Of a DNA stretch of 64,000 nucleotides, positions 38,699-48,263 are shown one piece after another. Numbering within the stretch: position 1 is the first letter of the stretch; every line of letters starts with the position of its first letter. The position numbers and the translations under genes were made by a program. The notes beneath the pieces were generated by a model. That model did no database searches and was not told the origin of the DNA. It worked only from the letters and a program-made list of their open reading frames with translations. Source of the stretch: an uncultured Chloroflexia bacterium (GTDB lineage Bacteria > Chloroflexota > Chloroflexia > QHBQ01 > JADMIH01); NCBI GenBank assembly GCA_963797095.1, contig CAWCNY010000007.1, forward strand, positions 136,238 to 200,237, given 5' to 3'.

Positions 38699-40924
38699 AT
38701 GACAGATATTTCCACAGGCAGTGTTCATGCTTCTCCATCGGGCGAATTGCAGGCCGAGATCGTGCAGGGTCTCGATGAGGCGGTGCGGTCGCTTGGCTAT
38801 CCGACGGATAGCCTCGATTTGACTTTGCGGCCTATCCCCCTGGAAGGAGAATGGGGCTTTGGCTCAACCGTGGCTTTCCAGTTGCGCAAGGTTGGGGCGA
38901 CAGGCAACCCACTGGAGATCGCGCAGCAGGTAGTGGAGGCGCTACCCCACCTGCCTCAGATCGCACGCGTTGAGGCGGTCAATGGTTATGTCAACTCATA
39001 TGTGGATAGAGACTGGTACGCCAACCGGGTGATCGGGCAGGTGCTGACCCAGAAAGAGGAGTACGGGTGCTGGCCCAGCAGGGGCGAGCGTGTGATGGTG
39101 GAGTACGCCAATCTGAACACGCACAAAACGATGCACGTGGGGCACCTGCGGAACGTGGTGCTTGGCGAGTCGGTGTACAACATCCTTAAGTGTGCAGGAT
39201 TCGACACGGTGGGGGCAACCTATATTGGTGATATAGGCTTGCACGTGATGAGAACGCTCTGGTGCTACATCAACTTCCATAATGGTGAGGAGCCTGAGCA
39301 GGACAAAGGTGCGTGGCTTGAGCAAGTATATGTAGAAGCCACTGCGCGCCAGGAATACCGAAGCGATGTAGTGAAACTGATCACCGAGGCGGCCAGGGTC
39401 GATCCCAGTATAGCAGCCCAGTTGTCGAACGTGTTACAGGCGCTGGCCGGGAACAACCCCGAAGATGCGGCTCTGATAGAGGATATCGATAAAGGGCTGC
39501 TAACTAAGGACGGTCCCGACTGGAAGGCGGTGCTCGCAAGCAGCGATTATACAGTGCTCAACCTGTGGGACGAGTTGGGGCAGCTACTGACCGGGCAAGC
39601 GTCCACGCTGGACGAGACCAATAGCGACGGCGGTGAAGTGCAGAGCGCGGCGCAGGCGGAATTGCGGGCCGATTACGAGAAATTGGACGAGCATCGCGAT
39701 TGGTGGGAGTACGTGCCGGAATGGAACGCCGATATCAGGCAGATGTTCGCCCGGTGGGAGGCGCACGACCCCGAACTGGTGGCCCTGTGGGAGAAGACCC
39801 GTGGATGGAGCATCGATTTCTTGGAGAGAGTGTTCAGCGACCTGGGAGTGAGCTTCAACGCCTGGTTCTTCGAGAGCGAGGTGGAAGAATCAGGCAAGCA
39901 GGTGGTGGAGGAGTTGATCCGCAAAGGGATCGCCGAGGACCACCGGGCTGAGGGTGAGCCTGTAATCGTGCGGGTGGATGATCAATTGAGGGCTAACCCT
40001 GAGTTGTCCAGGAAGTATGAGAAGGAGCTGTGGAAGATCAACAAAGACGGCACCCGCGAGCCGAAAGAGGCGTGGCGCGTGCTGGTGGTGTTGCGGTCGG
40101 ACGGAACCTCGCTCTACGCCACTAAAGACCTGGAGCTGGCGCGACGCAAGTTCAACGACTGGCACGTGGACCGTTCGATCTACGTCATAGACAGCAGGCA
40201 ATCGCTCTATTTCCAGCAGGTGTTCAGAGTGCTTGAGCTATGGGGTTTTAAGCAGGCCGACAAGGCGTTCCAACTAGCCTACGAGTTCGTGATAACGCCT
40301 GAAGGCGCGATTTCGTCCAGGCGAGGCGGCGCGCCCCAGTACGAAGACCTTGAGCGGGAGGCGTTAAGGCGAGCGCGCTCCATAGTCGACGCAAAAGAAG
40401 AGGAGCAACCGCGAGGCCTGAGCAACGAGCAACGGGACGAGATAGCACGGGCTGTAGCCTATGGCGCGCTCAAGATGGGTATGCTCGACAAGGACAACAA
40501 CAAACTCATCACGTTCGTGTGGGAGCAGGCGCTGAACCCTGAGAGCCAATCGGCCACCTACGTGCAGTACTCGCATGCCAGGGCCACACGCGTGCTCGAA
40601 AAAGCTCCTGCGGAAGTGCTGCCGCAACCGGGCCAGCACTTCAACTTCAGGGAGCCCAACGTATACGAGACGAACCTGCTTGAGCAGATATCCAGGCTGC
40701 CCGAAGAGGTGGCGAGGGCCGCCGAGTCGTACAAGCCGGTGATCATCGCAATGTACTGCTTTGAACTGGCGGATGCGTTCAATAATTTCTACCACAACTG
40801 CCGGATATTGAACGCGGGTACGGAAGAAATGATCAGGGCGCGGCTGGCTCTGACCGCTGCGGCAAAGCAGACGATCGCCAACGCGCTGGGGTTGCTGGGG
40901 ATCACCGCGCCCGACATGATGTAA
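38699..40924 (+). CDS. argS: Arginine--tRNA ligase, unusually long (741 aa)
   Basis: VEYANLN...HVGHLRN (HIGH motif), IGDIG, RSDGTSLYATKD, YVQYSHARA, DALR-type C-terminus. Confidence 0.96.
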   Translation: MTDISTGSVHASPSGELQAEIVQGLDEAVRSLGYPTDSLDLTLRPIPLEGEWGFGSTVAFQLRKVGATGNPLEIAQQVVEALPHLPQIARVEAVNGYVNSYVDRDWYANRVIGQVLTQKEEYGCWPSRGERVMVEYANLNTHKTMHVGHLRNVVLGESVYNILKCAGFDTVGATYIGDIGLHVMRTLWCYINFHNGEEPEQDKGAWLEQVYVEATARQEYRSDVVKLITEAARVDPSIAAQLSNVLQALAGNNPEDAALIEDIDKGLLTKDGPDWKAVLASSDYTVLNLWDELGQLLTGQASTLDETNSDGGEVQSAAQAELRADYEKLDEHRDWWEYVPEWNADIRQMFARWEAHDPELVALWEKTRGWSIDFLERVFSDLGVSFNAWFFESEVEESGKQVVEELIRKGIAEDHRAEGEPVIVRVDDQLRANPELSRKYEKELWKINKDGTREPKEAWRVLVVLRSDGTSLYATKDLELARRKFNDWHVDRSIYVIDSRQSLYFQQVFRVLELWGFKQADKAFQLAYEFVITPEGAISSRRGGAPQYEDLEREALRRARSIVDAKEEEQPRGLSNEQRDEIARAVAYGALKMGMLDKDNNKLITFVWEQALNPESQSATYVQYSHARATRVLEKAPAEVLPQPGQHFNFREPNVYETNLLEQISRLPEEVARAAESYKPVIIAMYCFELADAFNNFYHNCRILNAGTEEMIRARLALTAAAKQTIANALGLLGITAPDMM

Positions 40925-40937
40925 TTGCTGTTCGACT

Positions 40938-41723
40938 ATGACCGTAGGTATCCTGCATTTCGATAGCTCTGCTCTGGCGGGTGCGACCACCTATAGCATA
41001 ATCGTGCCTGATGCCCAAAAGGGAGGTCCAGGCCCATACCATGTGCTGTTGCAACTTCACGGGAGATACGACGATCATCGCGCATGGATCGAGAAGTCGC
41101 GAATTATGAGCTATGTCGAGCGCATACCTCTCATTGTGGTGATGCCCTCGGGCGGCAATTTCTGGTGGAGCAACGTAACCCCTGTCGGTACAACCGACCC
41201 AGATCTATCCCTGAATTACGAGAATTACCTCGTCAATGACCTGTGGGCGCACATCAACTCAACCTTCCCGGTCCGGGCAGGGGAGCGTTGGGCCATAGGC
41301 GGCCTTTCGATGGGCGGGTTCGGCTCGGTACGGCTTGGATTGAAGTACTCTGACCGCTTCTGCTCGATCTTCGCACATTCCAGCGTCTTCCCGACCGCCG
41401 ACGAGTTGGAGCGGCTAGTACCACTGATATCACCCGCCGCGCGCGCCGATATGGATTGCTATCGCCTGGCCGAGGCGCGTACCCCGGTGGACCTGCCGCG
41501 CCTGAGTTTTGATTGTGGCGTAGACGATTTCTTGATAGGCAATAACCGCCGGTTCCACGCTCATTTGGAGCGGTTGGGATTGCCTCACACATACGCCGAG
41601 TATGCAGGCGCGCATACTTGGGATTACTGGGACCTGCATATTCAGGAAGCACTGGCGCAACACTGCGAGGTGCTTGGAATTGCTCCTCGACCTGTAGCTT
41701 ATCCCTCAGAGGTTGATGAATAG
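40938..41723 (+). CDS. Esterase family protein (XynC/FrmB-like alpha/beta hydrolase)
   Basis: LHG, GLSMGG, DCGVDD, GAHTWDYW. Confidence 0.9.
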   Translation: MTVGILHFDSSALAGATTYSIIVPDAQKGGPGPYHVLLQLHGRYDDHRAWIEKSRIMSYVERIPLIVVMPSGGNFWWSNVTPVGTTDPDLSLNYENYLVNDLWAHINSTFPVRAGERWAIGGLSMGGFGSVRLGLKYSDRFCSIFAHSSVFPTADELERLVPLISPAARADMDCYRLAEARTPVDLPRLSFDCGVDDFLIGNNRRFHAHLERLGLPHTYAEYAGAHTWDYWDLHIQEALAQHCEVLGIAPRPVAYPSEVDE

Positions 41724-41766
41724 ACCGTTGATAGGCTGAGATCCTTTCAACTCAAGCTTATAACCA

Positions 41767-43641
41767 GTGATGCCCGATCCTCATGCACCTGTGGGCAATC
41801 TCGTACGCCGCCTTCTCAGGAGGCCGCTGTCCCGTGCCTGGATGACAGTTATTGTGCTAGGTGGCTATGCTATCCTCACGGTAGTGATGACGTGGCCGCT
41901 CGCGCTGCATTTTGCGGATACTTTGCCGGACGGCAGCGATGGCTGGCAGGAGATGTGGGGGCTCTGGTGGTTCAAAAAGGCCCTGGTTGATCTCCATACC
42001 ACCCCGTTTTACACCAATTACCTCTACTATCCCAACGGTATAAGACTCTATTTCCATCCGCTTCAGCCCTTCAATGGGCTGATCAGCATCCCCTTCCAGG
42101 TGCTGGGGGCCGGCCTTCCAGCCGTGTACAACATCCTGATCCTATTGAGTTTTGTGCTCGCGGGATATGGTATGTATCTGCTGGTTAGGCATCTTACAGG
42201 GGCAGGTGCACCCGCGTTTATCGCCGGGTGCGTGTACGCGTTTTGTCCCTACCACTTCGCGCATATGTTGGGGCAGCTAAATCTGGCATCTCTTCAATGG
42301 ATGCCTTTCTATCTATTCGCGCTATTCAAGGCGTGGGGCGGTCCTGGACCATTCCCGGCGGTAGATAATTCTAGGGGCGAGAGGCGGCAGCTTGGCTGCG
42401 CTTTGCTTGCAGGGCTGTTACTGGTCGTAAACGCATATACAGAGTGGCTGTATGCCGCGCTGATGGGCCTATTTACGCTGTGGTTCTTTGCCTGGCAACT
42501 TACATTTGGACGCGCAAAAGGATCAGGAGCGGACCCAACCAAGACACGCTACGCAGGCTGGCGACCTGGTGCGGTCGAACTTGCTGTCCAGGGCGGTGTT
42601 TGCATTGTGCTGCTTGCACCTGTATTGATCCCGATGATACGCGAAACACAAACTGCTACTTATATGAGACCTTCCGCCTACGAGGTTGAGCTTTTCTCGG
42701 CAGACCTTACTGATATAGCAGTGCCGAATTTGCTGGTGCCCTTATGGAATACCTTGCTCAGCCCCATTTTGACCGCTCATTACATGAGCCATTATCCCTC
42801 CGAGCGCCTGGTATTTGTGGGCTACATTGTGCTGCTATTGGTCGTTGTGGGTATCTGGAGGCTGAGGCGGTTGCCTGGTGTTCTTTTTTGGGGGTGGACC
42901 GCGCTGGGTGCATGGGTACTCAGCCTGGGGCCGGTGCTTCACGTGTGGGGAAGCAGCGATCTGTTCGGCGTTCGTATTCCGCTGCCCTACGCCTGGTTCC
43001 AGGGGCTGCCCGGCATGAGTATTCTGCGCACACCTGGGCGCATTAGCGTGTTGATCATCCTTGCTCTGGCGGTGCTTGTTGGTTATTCGCTTTCCACTTT
43101 GTTCAACAGGCAATCTTCGGAAAGCAGTCCTGAGAGGCAAAAGTCGCTCACGGGTCTGAAGTACGCGGCTATCGGAGCATTAATCTTGCTGGAATTCATA
43201 CCGGTACCGTTCCCTTTGATGCCACAAAATTATGAGATCGAGCTCTATCACCGGATTGCGCACGAAACGGGCAATTTCGCGGTGCTGGAGTTGCCGATTC
43301 GGCCTATAGCCATCTTCATGGCATACCAGACTATTCACAGGAGGCCGATGATTGGAGGTTATGTATCCAGGCTACCGCCCGATAGTTATATAGAGCATAG
43401 TCCCCTACTCACATATCTACTTCCTTCCACCGGCGCAGATGATCCTGTATCTTCGGAGGCCAGCAGCACAGGGCTGGACGAGTTACGACGCATTGGAGTG
43501 CGCTATGTGATCGTTCACTGGCAATGGATGGCACCGGAGGAGGCGGAAAGCATGCACGCCAAGTTGGCGCGGGTCATCCCCAACGTTATTGCCCAGGATG
43601 TGCAGGAGGAAAATATAACGTTCTACAAGATAGGGCCTTAG
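41767..43641 (+). CDS. Polytopic membrane protein, probable GT-C glycosyltransferase
   Basis: ~11 TM segments; MTWPL...SDGWQEMW, YAFCPYH, LRTPGR, YQTIH..PMIGGY, GVRYVIVH. Confidence 0.75.
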   Translation: MMPDPHAPVGNLVRRLLRRPLSRAWMTVIVLGGYAILTVVMTWPLALHFADTLPDGSDGWQEMWGLWWFKKALVDLHTTPFYTNYLYYPNGIRLYFHPLQPFNGLISIPFQVLGAGLPAVYNILILLSFVLAGYGMYLLVRHLTGAGAPAFIAGCVYAFCPYHFAHMLGQLNLASLQWMPFYLFALFKAWGGPGPFPAVDNSRGERRQLGCALLAGLLLVVNAYTEWLYAALMGLFTLWFFAWQLTFGRAKGSGADPTKTRYAGWRPGAVELAVQGGVCIVLLAPVLIPMIRETQTATYMRPSAYEVELFSADLTDIAVPNLLVPLWNTLLSPILTAHYMSHYPSERLVFVGYIVLLLVVVGIWRLRRLPGVLFWGWTALGAWVLSLGPVLHVWGSSDLFGVRIPLPYAWFQGLPGMSILRTPGRISVLIILALAVLVGYSLSTLFNRQSSESSPERQKSLTGLKYAAIGALILLEFIPVPFPLMPQNYEIELYHRIAHETGNFAVLELPIRPIAIFMAYQTIHRRPMIGGYVSRLPPDSYIEHSPLLTYLLPSTGADDPVSSEASSTGLDELRRIGVRYVIVHWQWMAPEEAESMHAKLARVIPNVIAQDVQEENITFYKIGP

Positions 43642-43678
43642 TCAGGGCGGTTTTCAATAAGGGGCTGTTTGTTCTCTC

Positions 43679-43722
43679 TGGTATACTTAATAGAGTCGCT
43701 ATTGCGTATAGAGTCGCTATTG
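43679..43722 (+). promoter_or_regulatory. Extended -10 followed by a 15-bp direct repeat upstream of mnmA
   Basis: TGGTATACT at 43679-43687; ATAGAGTCGCTATTG at 43690-43704 and 43708-43722. Confidence 0.55.
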
Positions 43723-43756
43723 GGTCGCTGGAATATGAAAGTAATAAGAATAAGAA

Positions 43757-44881
43757 ATGGCAAATAACATAGACGCAAATAATAGAAAAAGAGTGGTTGT
43801 CGCCATGAGCGGGGGCGTGGATAGCTCGTTTACGGCTGCGCTCTTGCTTGAGCAAGGGTACGATGTGATCGGGGTGCACATGAGGTTGCACCATTTACAC
43901 GCTGCCAGCAGGATGGGAGCGGGCGGAAAGCTGAACAAAGGGTGTTGCTCGGCGGACGATGTGGACGATGCTCGCCTGGTGTGCTATGAACTTGGTATTC
44001 CATTCTATGTGCTCGATTTCGAAGGCGATTTTCGCAAGACGGTGATCCAGAACTTCGTAGACGAGTACAGCAAGGGGCGCACACCTTATCCGTGTTTGCA
44101 GTGCAATCGCTATGTGAAGTTCGACTCGCTGCTTAAGCGTGCGGCGCAACTGGATGCCGATCACCTGGCTACGGGACACTACGGACGGATCACATATGAT
44201 GATACGACGGGAAAGTACAGTCTGCGCAAGGCGCTTGACCCTTCGAAGGATCAATCGTACGTGCTGTACCACCTGGGGCAGTCTGAGTTGAGTCGCCTGT
44301 TGTTGCCTCTGGGAGAGCTTGCCAAGATACAGGTGCGCGAGATGTCAGCCGAGCGCAACCTGGTAACGGCGGATAAGCCGGACAGCCAGGAGATTTGCTT
44401 CATCCCTAATAACAACTACCGCACGTTCCTGGATAAGGTCTCGCCCGGCATGGCCGAGGCAGGCGTGATGGTCGATACGGCGGGCCAGGTGGTAGGAACG
44501 CATACAGGAGTGCCGAACTATACAATAGGGCAGCGCAAGGGGTTAGGCGCGCTGGGCTCGGAGGCGCATTTCGTGCTGGAGATTCGGCCTGAAGAGAACG
44601 TGGTGGTAGTCGGCACGAACGAGGAGTTGATGCGTTCGTCGCTTACAGCGGATGATGTGCATTGGACTTCTGGCAATGAGCCTTCGGGTCCCTTTATGGC
44701 GAGCGTGAAGATACGCTATCGCGCACCCGAAGTGCCCGCTCTGGTGACTCCTCTGCCGGGCAGGGGCATTCGGGTGGAGTTTGAGACGGCGCAGCGGGCG
44801 GTTACGCCTGGACAGGCAGCGGTTGTGTATGTCGGGGATGAGGTTGTGGGCGGTGGGACGATCGAGCGTCCGGCCAACTAA
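43757..44881 (+). CDS. mnmA: tRNA 2-thiouridylase MnmA
   Basis: PP-loop AMSGGVDS, GCCS, TPYPCLQCN, ATGHY, KDQSY, DSQEICF, YTIGQRKG, TPGQ. Confidence 0.97.
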   Translation: MANNIDANNRKRVVVAMSGGVDSSFTAALLLEQGYDVIGVHMRLHHLHAASRMGAGGKLNKGCCSADDVDDARLVCYELGIPFYVLDFEGDFRKTVIQNFVDEYSKGRTPYPCLQCNRYVKFDSLLKRAAQLDADHLATGHYGRITYDDTTGKYSLRKALDPSKDQSYVLYHLGQSELSRLLLPLGELAKIQVREMSAERNLVTADKPDSQEICFIPNNNYRTFLDKVSPGMAEAGVMVDTAGQVVGTHTGVPNYTIGQRKGLGALGSEAHFVLEIRPEENVVVVGTNEELMRSSLTADDVHWTSGNEPSGPFMASVKIRYRAPEVPALVTPLPGRGIRVEFETAQRAVTPGQAAVVYVGDEVVGGGTIERPAN

Positions 44882-44883
44882 TC

Positions 44884-45645
44884 ATGCCCTGGAATCCCGA
44901 TACTTACCATAAATTCCAAGCTGAGCGTTCGGCCCCTTTCACCGACCTGCTGGCACTGGTCAATGTGCGGAGCGGACTACACGTTGTCGACCTGGGGTGC
45001 GGCACAGGAGAGCTTACGGCTCGGCTCGCGGATTATTTACCTGATAGTGTTGTGGTTGGTATTGATAACTCGCCGCAGATGCTGGAACGCGCTTCACAGT
45101 ATGAGCGCCCTAATTTGCGCTTTGAGTTGGCTTGTATCGAGGACCTGGACAGAGAGTGGGATTTGATCTTCTCGCACGCTGCCATCCACTGGGTGGAAGA
45201 CCACAAGAGGTTGATCCCCCAACTGCTGTCGTATCTACGCCCCGGCGGGCAGCTTGCGGTGCAGATACCATCTAATCACGGGCATGCCACACATAGGTTG
45301 ATCACCGAGTTGGCGGGGGAGTCACCTTTCAAGACAGCGCTTGGAGGGTGGATTCGCACGTCGGAGGTGCTTGGCATAGATCATTATGCAGACCTACTTT
45401 ATGAGCACGGCGGACAAAATATCACCGTGTTCGAGAAGGTTTATCCCCACATCCTCGCCGATGCCGATGCGCTGGCCGATTGGACTTCGGGAACCGCACT
45501 GGTGCCTTACTTCGCGCGGATGAACGAGGGCGTACGGGAGCAGTTCATGATGCGCTATCGCGAGAGGCTGCGTGCCAGTTACCCTGAAAAGCCTGTGTTT
45601 TACGGCTTCCGTCGCACACTGTTCTCTGCGACCGTGGCAGGGTAG
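44884..45645 (+). CDS. tam: Trans-aconitate 2-methyltransferase-like protein
   Basis: WNPDTY..F..ERSAPF.DL, VDLGCGTG, AAIHWV, LAVQIPSN, FRR. Confidence 0.8.
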   Translation: MPWNPDTYHKFQAERSAPFTDLLALVNVRSGLHVVDLGCGTGELTARLADYLPDSVVVGIDNSPQMLERASQYERPNLRFELACIEDLDREWDLIFSHAAIHWVEDHKRLIPQLLSYLRPGGQLAVQIPSNHGHATHRLITELAGESPFKTALGGWIRTSEVLGIDHYADLLYEHGGQNITVFEKVYPHILADADALADWTSGTALVPYFARMNEGVREQFMMRYRERLRASYPEKPVFYGFRRTLFSATVAG

Positions 45646-45730
45646 TGGAATTCCACATGCGGGTTGTGATGTATAATGCCCATCACAACCCGCATTCCAC
45701 GCGCTACGCTCCGTGCTTCGCACTCAAAAG

Positions 45731-45988
45731 ATGCCCGCACTCTCGCCGACAGTTATCATTTTCCTCGGTTTTGGCACTGCTTACGCGCTGCTCTTTCAGT
45801 TATGGCGTGGGCGGAGGCTGGCACATCTATTGCTCTTCTGGTTAGTGAGCCTTCTGGGCTTCGGACTAGGCTACTTGGCGGCATCGCTGTGGGCGATCCA
45901 CCCCATTGTGCTGGGGGATATACCGGTCGTGGAAGCGTCGCTTGGCGCTCTCATATTACTTCTGGTTGCCAGCCGATTTACCGTATGA
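45731..45988 (+). CDS. Small hypothetical membrane protein (3 TM)
   Basis: Hydrophobic ~85-aa ORF with LFQLWRG; fits the gap. Confidence 0.65.
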   Translation: MPALSPTVIIFLGFGTAYALLFQLWRGRRLAHLLLFWLVSLLGFGLGYLAASLWAIHPIVLGDIPVVEASLGALILLLVASRFTV

Positions 45989-46018
45989 TACAATTCGTCG
46001 CATAGGGAGGGGGCGGTT

Positions 46019-46074
46019 ACTGCATATTGCATACTGTGTAGTGCGTATTTCATATTGCACACCGCATAGTGCAG
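46019..46074. repeat. Degenerate heptamer array of 8 units (consensus ~ANTGCAT)
   Basis: ACTGCAT ATTGCAT ACTGTGT AGTGCGT ATTTCAT ATTGCAC ACCGCAT AGTGCAG. Confidence 0.7.
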
Positions 46075-46115
46075 ATTGTCCTGACCCCTTATCCTGATGA
46101 ACCGGAGGACACCTT

Positions 46116-46523
46116 ATGAAAGTAGTTTTCATAGGTCTGGCAGCGCTATTAGTGCTTGTGGTGCTGCTTTTGCCTATTATCCTTGTATTCGTTGTACCGT
46201 TTCCCGAGGGTTATACCTGGCTTAGCGCTTTCCGCGATGCGGCCATAATTTATGCCAGCTTCTTCATGTGCGTGGGCGCTCTTTTGTTTATTGCTATGAC
46301 GGGGTTGCTAGCCCTTATTGCCTTCACCCTTCGCGACAAGGTTTCGCCAACGATAGACAAGGTTGACGACACAGTGAAGACAGTGCGCGGGACTGTCACA
46401 TTCGTGAGCGAGAGCGTGGTAGCGCCGATAATCAAAGTAGCAGGCGCAGCAGCAGGGGCGAAGGCGATGGTGCAAACGCTGGTGCGACGCAAGCCTAAGG
46501 AGACCAAAGAGGAGAAGTCGTAA
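46116..46523 (+). CDS. Hypothetical membrane protein
   Basis: GGAGG RBS; two TM helices, then TVRGTVTFVSESVVAPII. Confidence 0.75.
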   Translation: MKVVFIGLAALLVLVVLLLPIILVFVVPFPEGYTWLSAFRDAAIIYASFFMCVGALLFIAMTGLLALIAFTLRDKVSPTIDKVDDTVKTVRGTVTFVSESVVAPIIKVAGAAAGAKAMVQTLVRRKPKETKEEKS

Positions 46524-46705
46524 TGGCAAAGGCAAAGAAGAATGGAGGGGACGCAAGCCTTCTGATCGGCCTTGTGCTTGGGCTGGCAATAGGCGCAGCG
46601 ATTGTGATCATACTTACCGAGGCGTCGCGAGAGGATGTTGGGCCTGACAGGATGCTGGAGAAGGCAGCTGATAGAATAGAAGGGGCAGCGGAAGCCTCCA
46701 GCTGA
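46523..46705 (+). CDS. Small YtxH-like membrane protein
   Basis: TAATG coupling; LIGLVLGLAIGAAI helix. Confidence 0.6.
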   Translation: MAKAKKNGGDASLLIGLVLGLAIGAAIVIILTEASREDVGPDRMLEKAADRIEGAAEASS

Positions 46706-46706
46706 G

Positions 46707-46764
46707 AGCAGGTAAGCACGAAAAAGGGCGGGCCGCGACCCGCCCTTTTTCGTGCTTACCTGCT
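46707..46764. terminator. Bidirectional terminator with a 26-bp perfect stem
   Basis: AGCAGGTAAGCACGAAAAAGGGCGGG-CCGCGA-CCCGCCCTTTTTCGTGCTTACCTGCT between convergent genes. Confidence 0.9.
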
Positions 46765-46766
46765 AC

Positions 46767-48221
46767 CTAAATGGTCTCTCGTTCGTGTTTGTCGCCGTCG
46801 TAACTGAGGATGGCATCTTCGCCCTCCATGGTCGTTTGCAGGTAAACTGGACGACCCCAGAGAGAGTGGACATGTTCGAGGGTCTTGTCGGCGTAAGTCT
46901 CATCCAGATCCTGACCATCGTGGACGTGTCGCAAGTATAGCTCGCCGTTGTGATGGTAATCACCGCTTTCGACCAGGATCGTGGGGTTGCCGAAGTTTGC
47001 CATGCGAGCCACGATGTTGTCACGCACGTTGCGCCAATCTTTGTCAACTATCACCCACTGGTCCCCCTCGCGCTCGTAAAGGTAGAGGTCAAGGTCTTCT
47101 ACCAGTTGCTCAGTCAGGTAGTTGCGGATGAGGGAGACATCATTCTCTTCTTCGCGTACCTCAAACAGTTTCTTGTGACCCTCGCCACCGGTGCGACCCC
47201 ACTTCTCCTTTTCTTCGTCGGTGGGGTTGTCCCAGCGCCGCTCTATATCTTCCAGGACCTTTATGCCGAGGAGATAGGGATTTAGCTGGAAGCGGGAGGG
47301 AGAAAGGACGCCCGCGTTCATGGAGGCATAGTCGGTGAACTCTTCGTTGGTGAGATCAAGCTCGCGCATGATGCGGGTGTGCGCCCACACGGCCCAACCC
47401 TCGTTGCACACTTTGGTCTGCATCTGGGGTATGAAATAAAGCATCTCCTCGCGCACGATGCCCATAATATCGCGCTGCCAGGGTTCGAGATGGCGAGAAT
47501 TGCGCATTATGAAGCCGAGTAGGTCTTTCTCAGGTTGGGCAGGGCGCTGATCGGCCTGGGTATTGCGCGAATGCCCGTTGCGCGGTAGGGGGGGGGGCTG
47601 TGGCTCATCGGTGAGGGCAAAGAGGTCGTCGAAGGGGGTTTCACCAGCTGAGGGGTGTTCGCGACGTAGGTTTTCGTCGTGGCTATGCTCGTCACCGGGT
47701 TTGAGCCTATCGGGCCTTCGGGCATCGACAGGGTCGATGTGCTCCTGTATGGAGAGCACAGCATCGAGGAAGCGTTCGACTCTGGAGAGGCCATGCTCGA
47801 ATTCGTAATGGCGTATTCTGCCTGCGTTAAGGGAAGCGGTCTCTACCATATGGCGGTTGGTGGCCTGAAAGTAAGCGTTGTGCTTGAAGAAATCGCAATG
47901 GCCGACCACATGGGCCATGACGAGTTTGTTCTGGAGGACCGAGTTAGCGTCCATCAGGAAGGCGTAGGAGGGATTGGTATTGATCACAAGCTCATATATC
48001 TTGCTCAGGCCGTAGTCGTACTGGGTCTTCATGCGGTGGTACATCTTGCCGTGGGACCAGTGGGAGAAGCGGCCAGGCAAACCATAAGAGCCGAACTCGT
48101 ACATTATAGAGGCTGGTACAAGCTCGAAGTGGACGGGGAAGGGGTCGAGGCCCAGGCTATGGGAGATCTCCCATATAGGGGCGATTGCGTCTTCCAGTTG
48201 TTTAGCATCGGAGTCTTGCAT
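46767..48221 (-). CDS. spoVR: SpoVR/YcgB family protein
   Basis: GLPGRFSHWSHG, KIYELVIN, AHVVGHCDFFK, TKVCNEGWA, LNPY. Confidence 0.95.
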   Translation of the reverse strand: MQDSDAKQLEDAIAPIWEISHSLGLDPFPVHFELVPASIMYEFGSYGLPGRFSHWSHGKMYHRMKTQYDYGLSKIYELVINTNPSYAFLMDANSVLQNKLVMAHVVGHCDFFKHNAYFQATNRHMVETASLNAGRIRHYEFEHGLSRVERFLDAVLSIQEHIDPVDARRPDRLKPGDEHSHDENLRREHPSAGETPFDDLFALTDEPQPPPLPRNGHSRNTQADQRPAQPEKDLLGFIMRNSRHLEPWQRDIMGIVREEMLYFIPQMQTKVCNEGWAVWAHTRIMRELDLTNEEFTDYASMNAGVLSPSRFQLNPYLLGIKVLEDIERRWDNPTDEEKEKWGRTGGEGHKKLFEVREEENDVSLIRNYLTEQLVEDLDLYLYEREGDQWVIVDKDWRNVRDNIVARMANFGNPTILVESGDYHHNGELYLRHVHDGQDLDETYADKTLEHVHSLWGRPVYLQTTMEGEDAILSYDGDKHERETI

Positions 48222-48263
48222 ATTTTAGTTCCGATTTCTGATTTTGTTGGGTTAGGTGGTGCC

